From assembly GCF_902713615.1 (NCBI RefSeq), contig NC_052158.1, positions 32,157,990-32,221,989 of the forward strand: a stretch of DNA of 64,000 bases. The letters run 5' to 3'. The position numbers and the translations under genes are program-made. The stretch is from Scyliorhinus canicula (Eukaryota). Under the pieces are notes generated by a model that was not told where the DNA came from, did no database searches, and was given only the letters and a program-made list of their open reading frames with translations. Shown piece by piece: positions 10,863 to 20,290 of the stretch; the stretch's first letter is position 1; the number at the start of each line of letters is the position of its first letter.

Positions 10863-11631
10863 CAACAACAATCCCAAAGGCAAAGACCCAGTCCACTGGT
10901 GCTCCTTCCCTTGGAAGGACCACAGATGCAGGAATAGGGATATGCCTCCATGGCCCCTGTTACAAAGGCCACATAATGTTTTACATCAATTTCTTCCTTT
11001 TGCAACCTTGAGATTTACTTCGTGCTGCATGGTAGTGATAGTATCACTACTTTATGATCCTCTGCAGTACCGCCTGTCATATCCACCTTTTCCTTTGCAG
11101 TCTTTATAACCATTGCTCCTGCAATGTCCATAATTCTATTTTCACTGATGCATGAATCCTGCTGTAGAAATGTGAGGTCAGTTTGAAAACTATTGATATA
11201 TGAAGCCAATGCAATAATGTAGGTTTCATAGATGCTGGCATTTCATTTTTTATACGTCCATAGTTGTGAGTCAGGACTGCAAAACTTCATCAAACTGTTT
11301 TTTATAACTTCTGCAACATCACTACCAAGGGAACCTTTGTGCTTGAATTTGCATTTTTTAAGCCGATGGCCAACCTTAATCTGGAACTCTCAGGATATAA
11401 CCCGAGTGTGTGATGGTGTCAGGCCTCTCCGATGTCGGTGTGTTGCGCTGGGCGGGATGGTGTGCGATGACCTCTTGTGGATGGTGAGGTAGGAGGGCCG
11501 TCCCGCTGAATTCTTAAACATCCAAAATTACAAACCTACACTGGTGTACTGGGAATACCATAATTCTGAATGGATTCACTGGCCAGTCACAGCAAGGAGT
11601 GGATATCACACAGCTAGACTTCAGATTTAGA

Positions 11632-11863
11632 GGGCAACACGGTCGTGCAGTGGATAGCACTGAGACTGTGGTGCTGAGGACCCAGGTTCGAATCCCGGCC
11701 CTGAGTCACTGTCCGTGTTGATTTTGCACATTCTCCCTGTATCTGCCTGGGTTTCACCCCTACAACCCAAAAGATGTGCAGGTTAGGTGGATTGGCCACA
11801 CTAAATTGCCCCTTAGATGGAAAAAAAAATAATTGGGTACTCTAAATTTATTATAAAAAATAA
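11632..11863 (+). mobile_element. HE1-like SINE, short-tail subfamily
   Basis: Consensus head and core, flanked by TTCAGATTT(A/G)GA duplications. Confidence 0.9.
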
Positions 11864-12475
11864 TTCAGATTTGGAGGTTAATTTTGTTTTCATCCAGCCT
11901 TTCTCATAACCCTAAATGTAGAAGCAGAATATATTCTTGGCTCCGACATGATGACAAGTTTTGATTCATCCTTTGACCAGCAGATGGAGAATTTGGCAGA
12001 AGTACAGTGGATGTTCCCACAGGAGCTTACCCCGAATGAATATGTACAGTCGGAGAATTGTGGATCAGTCCCTCAGTTCTGACGGATGATCCACGAGCAC
12101 AAGAAATTATTCAGCAACGTGTTGAGGCATTTGCAACTCGCAAACATGACTGTGGCCAAATGCTGGGAGAAATTGGGAGAGAAGGCCCAGACCCCAAGCC
12201 ACAAAAGTAGTACGGCTTCCTCAAACAGGCAGAATGTGGAATTCTGACTGTAATAACAGGCTTGTTACGAACAGTTTGATGAAGTTTTGCATCCACAAAT
12301 AATTCACTGATTTGGCCAACAAGAAAGATGAACGGATCCTGGTGACTGACAATTGACAATCGAGAATTAAATAAGGTTAATCCGTTGACCGAATCCCAGG
12401 TCACAGCTAGCCCTGAGACTATGTTAAAACAGACCCCACAAAATCAGTACTTCACTGTATTAGATAACAGTAATG

Positions 12476-12660
12476 GTGGTTTAGCACATTGGGCTAAATG
12501 TTTAGCTTTTAAAGCAGACCAAGGCAGGCCAGCAGCATGGTTCAATTCCCGTACCAGCCTCCCCGAACAGGCGCTGAACTGTGGCGACTAGGGGCTTTTC
12601 ACAGTAACTTCATTGAAGCCTACTTGTGACAATAAGCAATTTTAATTTTCATTTCAATTT
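12476..12660 (+). mobile_element. Second short SINE family, inserted in the ERV RT
   Basis: It splits the YFTVLD...PLAKECQY reading. An inverted copy of the same sequence lies at about 13362-13548. Confidence 0.8.
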
Positions 12661-13200
12661 CCTTGCAAAGGGAATGCCAGTATAAATTTGCATTTACCTT
12701 CCAAGACCAATAATAGACACGGACTGCTCGCCCCAAGCGTTTCACAATTCACCTCTAGTCTTTCTCCAAAGACGAGCCCAAGGACTCAAACATTTTTCCT
12801 GGCCCAACTGTTTGGTTCAATGCGTAGACGACTTATTTCTGCAAAGAGATGGGAGGGAGGACCACCTACAGCTTCTAGCCTAGTTGTCAATGTTACTCAC
12901 CTCCCTGGGTCTAAAATTGAACCCTAAGAAAGCTCAAATCATGAAGCCCCAAGACACATATTTAGGAACAAATACGTATTTATGGAAAACAGGAATTAGA
13001 GGGAAAATATGGAGAAACAATATTAGACTTCTTGTTCCGAGAGATGTAAAGTCCCTCCGATCCTTTCCAGGATTAGTCGGCTTTATCGCAAAAGCCGCTT
13101 TGTCGGTACTCCTCAAGAAGGACATCTTGTGGTAATGGATGGAACGACAGACTCAGGTTATTGTGGACCTGAGAAAGGCTTTCGCCAAAGCCCCAGCTTT

Positions 13201-14068
13201 AGAACAGAGAACATACAGTGCAGAAGGAGGCCTTTCGGCCCATCGAATCTGCACCAACCCACTTAAACCCTCACTTCCACCCTATCCCGATAACCCAATA
13301 ACTCCTCCTGACCTTTTTGGTCACTAAAGGCAGTATATCATGGACAATCCACCTAACCTGAAAATGAATGAAAAAATGAAAATCACTTATTGTCACGAGT
13401 AGGCTTCAATGAAGTTACTGTGAAAAGCCCCTAGTCGCCACACTCCGGCGCCTGTCCGGGGAGGCTGGTACAGGAATCGAACCGTGCTGCTGGCCTGCTT
13501 GGTCTGCTTTAAAAGCCAGCGATTTAGCCCAGTGAGCTAAACCAGCTACTGCACGTCTTTGGACTGTGGGAGGAAACCAGAGCACCCGGAGGAAACCCAC
13601 ACAGACACGGGGAGAACGTGCAGACTTCGCACAGACCGTGCAAATCAGCAATGGTCATCACTAGAATTTTATTTCCACATTTTTATTTAATTCAAACTTC
13701 AGCATCTGTAAGTGGCTTGATGTGAACCTGGGACCCCAGAGTGCTCTGGATTACTAATCCAGTGGCAATACCACTACACCACCACCTCCCCACCTTTAAT
13801 AATAATAATCTTTATTGGCTTACTTTAACACTGCAATGAAGTTACTGTGAAAAACCCCTAGTTGCCACACTCCGCCACCTGTTCAGGTTCAGAATGTCCA
13901 AATTCGCTAACAGCACGTCTTTCGTGACTTGTGGGAGGAAACCGGAGTACCCGGAGGAAACCCACGCAGACACAGGGAGTACGTGCAGATGCCGCACAGG
14001 CAGTGACCCAAGCCGAGAATCGAACCTGGGACCGTGGCGCTGTGAAGCAACAGTGCTAACCACTGTGC
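13201..14068 (-). mobile_element. Cluster of four SINE copies (HE1-like 13201-13637 with nested short SINE 13362-13548; tRNA-SINE head 13660-13790; hybrid SINE 13795-14068)
   Basis: Reverse-complement matches to the SINE families seen elsewhere in the window. Confidence 0.82.
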
Positions 14069-14619
14069 ATCCATGCCATCACAGGCCTCAGACTCATCAC
14101 TCCCATTTTCCCTATAAGTAGCAGCAACTGAGTCAACCACTTTGGCTGTTCTGAGACAAGAACAACATGACAGGATCAGTCGCATGTGCATCCTGACTCC
14201 TGATCCCCACGGAACAGAGGTCTTCTGCATGTGAACGGCATCTGTTCGCAGTTTTGTGGGCAGTACAGCATTTTCCATACATTATTGGATTAAACTCTAT
14301 CTATTCTCAATGAACATTCGCCAATCCAGCTGTTACTGGACGGATGTATGAAAGATGGAACAGTACATCAGAACCGCATAGTCCGATAGACGCTAATGCT
14401 CCAAGGCCACGACATTACAGTTAAGAAAACCAGAACACCTATCCTCCTCGCAGACAATCTCAGTTACGAAGTGGTACAGGAGGAATGTCAGGTCTTGACA
14501 GCGAACAATTCCAACTGACCAAAGGAAAAAGGAAAGAAACCCAGGGCGCCCCAATCCGTAAATAATTTTGTCAACGCCTCCTCCATGGTGGAGGATGGCA
14601 TTCGGAGGACAGGTTTTGG

Positions 14620-14949
14620 TATCATAGAATTTGATTATCATAGAATTTACCGTGCAGAAGGAGGCCATTTCCAGCTCTTGGAAAGTACACCCTACCCAAG
14701 GTCAACACCTCCACCCTATCCCCAAACCCAACCCAACACTAAGGGCAATTTTGAACACGAAGGGCAATTTAGCATGGCCAATCCACCTAACCTGCACATC
14801 TTTGGACTGTGGGAGGAAACCGGAGCACCCGGAGGAAACCCACGCACACACGGGAAGGATGTGCAGACTCCGCACAGACAGCGACCCAAGCCGGAATCGA
14901 ACCTGGGACCCTGGAGCTGTGAAGCAATTGTGCTATCCACAATGCTACC
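14620..14949 (-). mobile_element. HE1-like SINE
   Basis: Near-consensus reverse complement with a CATAGAATT tail repeat. Confidence 0.92.
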
Positions 14950-16490
14950 GGAAGGCACACCATAAATCAACCAAAAGGGAACGTTAGAGCAGATGAATTG
15001 GCAAAGCAGGGCGTCCACAAAAGGGTGTCATGGTAACCCCCAATTGGTGAACAAATTGATCCTGTCACCGTTAATCAAATGAAGAGGGCGGATTTGTTAG
15101 AGGCACAGATGGCAGATCAGTATTTGAAACGAATCATAAATGAAGTGTTTCCGGAACAAATATAAAGCTAAAATATCAATAAAGGACGGTTTCATCCTTA
15201 AGGACGGAGGGTATGTGGTGCCGGCCCAGAATCAGAACCAGATAATCTATCAACGTCACGATGTCCAAGGTGTGAATGCAACTACAGAAAGAATTCAAAT
15301 GTTTTGTTGGTGGCCCAAAGTAGATGGAGACATAGAGCATTGTGGAAAATTGTCTAGTTTCTGCCCAAAATAATCCAGATCACAATGCTGAGAAAGGAGA
15401 GCTTAGACACATGAGGCCAGTAAGTGGGCCATGAAGGAATTTACAAATAAACTATGTTGGCCCCTTTCCACCAGGTAAGAAGGGTTACAAATATATTTTC
15501 ATCATCATTGATACCTTTAGTAAATGGATTGAAGCATTCCCTACCAGGGCAAACACGCCAAAGTAACAGCCGGTGTGCTGAAAACACAGGTGTTCACTAG
15601 AATGGGACTTCTCCACAGCATTGAATCAGACCAAGGAATTAGTATCACCGCTCAGGTAAGCAGAATGTAACAACCCTAGTGGGAATAATACAGAAATTCC
15701 ACATATTTTATCCCCACAGTCTAGCTGTATTGTGGAAAGGATGAACGGAACCTTGAAAAGTGTGATTCAGAAAACTGTCCAACAAAATAACTCTATTTGG
15801 AATGTAGTCCTGCCCATTCTCCAAACGTTAGTACAAAATACCATATCCAACTCAACAGGCTTTGCTCCCCATATCCTGATGACAGGACCCCCCATGAGAG
15901 CAGTGGAACCCTTGTTGAGGTTGGATGTCAGAGCCAGAATTGGCAGCTGTCAGCCATGAAAAAGCTGTACAACAATTGAGGGAAAATACCCAAGTCATCC
16001 TTATGGCTGCTGCAGTTAAAATGGGCAGGAAAGGAAGGGCAGCAAAGGATATTTTTTATGGGAAGGCCAAGCTTGTGCATGAGATTGGGAAAAAACGTTA
16101 TGCTCCAAATTCACCAACCTGGAATGTTTTTGTCCCCGAAATATAGTGGACCCCATTCTACAGTAGATAAAGCAAGTCCCTCAGTTAACAAAATTTCATT
16201 AGACTCTGGTAAAGCGAGGCGGTACCATATAACCTAATTAAAGCTATTCAACGCCCAGGGCAATCACCAGCACCATATGTTGCTGGATGCGGATGAGGGA
16301 GACGCTGTTCCATCTCCCGCTCTTCCCCTCGTAGAGAATGGAGCATCTGCGGGCACTGCCATTATCTCTGATCAGGCAACAGGCTTGCAGAAGTGCCAAA
16401 AGCCGAAATCTCGAAGGAAATCTCCCATTATGCCCCCAGGTTGGGAGAGAATAAAGGGTATGGAGAGACAATCAGACCGACACAATCCAA

Positions 16491-18116
16491 ATGAAGAAGA
16501 AATTCTGTCCGATTGGCGAGCAAGATTGGTACGAAATTAGAGTAGGTATTACCTTTATGTTCAAAGAGGTGGACCACGTGCCTTTTCACCATAGGAGTGG
16601 TGGCGATAACAAGGACCTGGAGAGGACCGTCAGGTTGCACAAACCTGGTAGGAACGAGCTCCCAACAAAGAGTGTAATCTGGGATGAGAAGTGGTTCGAA
16701 CTATCACGCGTTGACTTTTGTAAAGATACAATTAAGACTCAGAATTTTGTCGTAGATCTTCGAGCTTTGGTGACTGAAAGCATGAAACAGTTTTCAATGG
16801 AGAAACATCAACAAAAGTTATTCAACTGTGAGAACTGTAACAAGATCAGGATTTGGGAGACAAAGGATTGATTGAAGTGCCCTGACATGCCCAGGACCCA
16901 GTAATGGGTTGATAGTGATAACATGGATAAAGGTTTACATGATCATGTGAACCAGGAGTTAGTACCAGGAGTTTTAAATATTGTAAAATTGGGCTCCCGG
17001 ATTGGGGTCTTATCCAGATCAAGAGATTATAATGGGCAGACTAAAATATTGTTGGGCCAAGAAGTAGGGAATGATGGGGAAAAGAGTAGAAGAAAGGGCT
17101 GTGTTAAATGATGCAGCAACCCTGTACAGTACAGGAATTTCTTTATAAAGTTAGAGTGCCCAACTTATATTTTCCAATTGAGGAGCAATTTAGCGTGGCC
17201 AATCCATCTAACCTGCACATCTTTGGGTTGTGGGGGTGAAACACACGCAGACACGGGGAGAATGTGCAAACTCCACACGGACAGTGACCCAGAGTTGCGA
17301 TCGAACCTGAGACCTTGGCACCTTGAAGCAGCAATGCTATGTACAGTACAGGAATTAGACTTGCAAAATCTGGATGAAACAATTGAGAGTTTTAACAAGA
17401 AAAGTGAAAACTCTCTCAGGGAAATTAAACAAAAATATTAAACAAGAAACTGAGGTAAATGAAGAAAAATATCAAGCAGGGTTATATAATGATACAGACC
17501 AGGATCAAAATCACATTATTTTCAGTATTTATAGGAATTGGATGACAGAGCAATTGAGGGGAAATTTGGAAGAAGTGAATAAAGGATTTGTGTCATCATG
17601 GATTACCGAAGAGAAGTCACAAAATTTGCTAAATAGCGACATTAACCTGATCATTACAGGATGCTGACGTAGACAGCTAATTAAAGTTTGGTTCAATGAA
17701 GATTGTAAAGGGATCAGTGGAGAAACAATCGGGATGGTATGAGGGATTCCTGTCATCCCACCTGAAAAGTCTGAGATGATGGTATTTGACATAGAAAAAA
17801 TCGGGATCATCCAGCATGATGTGTGGATGGAACACAAATATATGCCCCTAAACTCGGTAGAGTGGAGCAAAACATTCACAGGAACTATGGAGGACAAATG
17901 TCAGCAAGCCAACAAAATTATAATCTCCTTTTCCAATATACCTGTTATAACCTGCACAAGACTTCCAGGGCCGGACCAATTAGTCTACCCATGAACCTTG
18001 TTGAATATGAGCTTCCCCCCTGTGGGGCGGGGGCCCCATCAGCAGAGCAATGGACATTATGTATAAAAGATCTGTCAGAGTGGGAGCTGAGCAGTGTAGT
18101 CCCAACCAGGACCTGA
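16491..18116 (+). pseudogene. env-like glycoprotein remnant, truncated before the TM anchor
   Basis: Located after integrase. A basic cluster KSRRK at 17082-17096 is followed, across a frameshift, by AVLNDAATLYSTGI, then a heptad-like ELDLQNLDETIESFNKK and a Cys-bearing beta-rich part (GIPVIPP...VFDIEKIGII). Confidence 0.62.
17140..17339 (-). mobile_element. HE1-like SINE in env
   Basis: 17-bp TSD TGTACAGTACAGGAATT at 17123-17139 and 17340-17356. Confidence 0.92.
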
Positions 18117-18768
18117 GTATATTGGACAAATAGTTACTTCAGTCATAAAAAAACAGTTTCTTTACGTTTCTCGTGCGGACTCCACTGTGGCTTCAAAATT
18201 GGCGACAAGGATGGTGTGGAGCTACATATGGCGCTGTTAATCATTGGAAACATGCCACACTCGTACCGCTGGGGAAAGGTTTGCATTAGTTTCAAAATGC
18301 TGCTCGTTGGGAGACTCAATAGGCAGGATTCTCCCTTTTGGGTACTAAGTCCCAAGCCCGCCGGAAAAAGGGCGAGAATCACTCCGGACGTTTTCCTCAA
18401 AAATCAGGGGTGATTCTCAGTATTCCAGGGGGCTGGCAGGGCCTCGGCATACATCCCACAGCTCTGGCTTCTGGCGGGGCCCTGCTGCCCTGACAGCACG
18501 ACCGCACATGCGCACAGCAGCCGACATGGCGGAACCACACAGCGGGCCTGCGCGGAGTGAGGTAGGTCAAGCATCCAGCAGAGGGCAGCAGAGCAGAGCT
18601 TCTGATTGGCTGTTCTGGGGACATTTGCATATGTGCAGTGCGGTCAGCGTAAGTTGAAGGTGGTTTGTGAAGGGGCTGTTCTTGAGTGACAGCTTTACCC
18701 GAAACACTACTCACGTACTGTCTCCCACCCATCCTCCTCCTCTAACCAAAAAAAAAGTTCTGTCCGTT

Positions 18769-19059
18769 GGCCTAGTTTCAGCCGTTCAGAGGAGGAGGAG
18801 CAGTCTCTGGGTGAGTATAAAAACTCACTTTAACCCGGGGATCGAGGCCTAGTTTCGGGAGCCGTTCAGAGGAGGAGGAGCAGTCTCTGGGTGAGTATAA
18901 AAACTCACTTTAACCCGGGGATCGAGGCCTAGTTTCGGGAGCCGTTCAGAGGAGGAGGAGCAGTCTCTGGGTGAGTATAAAAACTCACTTTAACCCGGGG
19001 ATCGAGGCCTAGTTTCGGGAGCCGTTCAGAGGAGGAGGAGCAGTCTCTGGGTGAGTATA
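18769..19059 (+). repeat. 80-bp tandem monomers in the CR1 5'UTR (3 full units plus 1 partial)
   Basis: Units start at 18769 (77 bp), 18846, 18926 and 19006 and are nearly identical. Confidence 0.96.
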
Positions 19060-19199
19060 CAGACCTAACGGTAACTTCCTGTTTTCCACTTTTTTTCAAA
19101 CGTGACATCAGAGGGAAGCAGTGATCTGATTGGTTGATAACCAATCTGCCCCAAATTTAAAACTCGTAAACTTAAATTAAACAAATTAATTAATTAGAG

Positions 19200-20156
19200 A
19201 TGGCTGGTCAGGTGATGTGCTTAAGCTGCTTGATGTGGGAGCTGACAGATCCCATTGCGAGCTGCAGCGACCACATCTGCAGTAAGTGTTGGCTGCTCGA
19301 AGAACTCCGGCTCAGAGTTGATGAGCTGGAGTCTGAGCTTCACACACTGAGGCACATCCGGGAGGGGGAGGCTTACCTGGACACTTTGTTTCAGGAGGCA
19401 GTCACACCTGTCAGAGTAAATAGTTTAAATCCTGCCAGTGGCCAGGGACAGCAGGGTGTGACTGCAAGTCAGGCAGGTAAAGGGAACCAGCAGTCAGGAA
19501 CTCAGGAGCCTCAGCCCTTGACCCTGTCCAACAGGTACGAGGCACTTGCTCCCTGTGTGGATGGCGAACAGGGCTGCAGGAAGGATGAGTCAGCTGACCA
19601 AGGCACCATGGTTCAGCAGGCCATTCAAGGGGAGGAAGTAAATAGGCAAGTTGTAGTTGTAGGGGATTCTATTATCAGAGGGATAGATAGTATCCTTTGT
19701 GAGCAGGATAGAGGGTCCCGCATGGTATGTTGCCTGCCCGGTGCTAGGGTGCGGGACATCTCTGACCGGCTTGAAAGGATATTGGAGAGGGAGGGGGAGG
19801 ATCCAGTTGTTGTGGTCCATGTCGGTACCAACAACTTAGGCAAGTCTAGGAAAGAGGACCTGTTTAGAGATTATAAAGAGTTAGGATTCAAATTAAAAAA
19901 CAGGTCCTCAAGGGTCATAATCTCCGGATTACTGCCCGAGCCACGTGCAAATTGGCATAGGGAGGCAAGAATAAGGGAAGTTAACACGTGGCTGAAAGAG
20001 TGGTGTGGGAAAGAGGGGTTCCTTTTCATGGGACACTGGCATCAGTTTTGGGACAGGGGGGACCTATACCGTTGGGATGGTCTCCACCTGAACCGAGCTG
20101 GGACCAGTGTTCTGGCGAAAAGAGTAAATAGGGTGGTCAATAGGACTTTAAACTAG
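19200..20156 (+). CDS. CR1 ORF1p: Cys motif, coiled coil and SGNH esterase
   Basis: 318-aa ORF with CxxC...CxxC and a heptad region. SGNH blocks GDS, PGA, HVGTN and DGLH are present. Confidence 0.95.
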   Translation: MAGQVMCLSCLMWELTDPIASCSDHICSKCWLLEELRLRVDELESELHTLRHIREGEAYLDTLFQEAVTPVRVNSLNPASGQGQQGVTASQAGKGNQQSGTQEPQPLTLSNRYEALAPCVDGEQGCRKDESADQGTMVQQAIQGEEVNRQVVVVGDSIIRGIDSILCEQDRGSRMVCCLPGARVRDISDRLERILEREGEDPVVVVHVGTNNLGKSRKEDLFRDYKELGFKLKNRSSRVIISGLLPEPRANWHREARIREVNTWLKEWCGKEGFLFMGHWHQFWDRGDLYRWDGLHLNRAGTSVLAKRVNRVVNRTLN

Positions 20157-20290
20157 AGATTGGGGGGGAAGGGAAAGTCAGGGAACCAAGAGGTGAAGGA
20201 ATCAGTGGGAAGCGTAGCTGCTTAGGATTACAAAAAATCACGAAAAGACAGAGCTCAGGAGAGGTTACGATAGTCCCCATCTCACAAAAT

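Larger units (their letters stand above)
10540..18150 (+). mobile_element. Decayed endogenous retrovirus (gag-pol-env), lokiretrovirus/spuma-related-like, interrupted by at least 8 SINE insertions
   Basis: Colinear remnants: gag-like ~10540-10785; RT ~11945-13200 (KHDCG, LTIDNRELNKV, YFTVLD, QYKFAFTFQ, [Y>C]VDD at 12821); RNase H-1 ~14090-14430; RNase H-2 ~14555-15040; integrase ~15080-16250 (LQI[D>N]YVGP, IESDQG, IVERMNGTLK); env-like ~16490-18150. LTRs were not identified. Confidence 0.82.

Noticed and set aside
18769-19059. CRISPR-like array
   Set aside because: The units are identical end to end with no unique spacers. They lie in a CR1 5'UTR in eukaryotic DNA with no cas genes.
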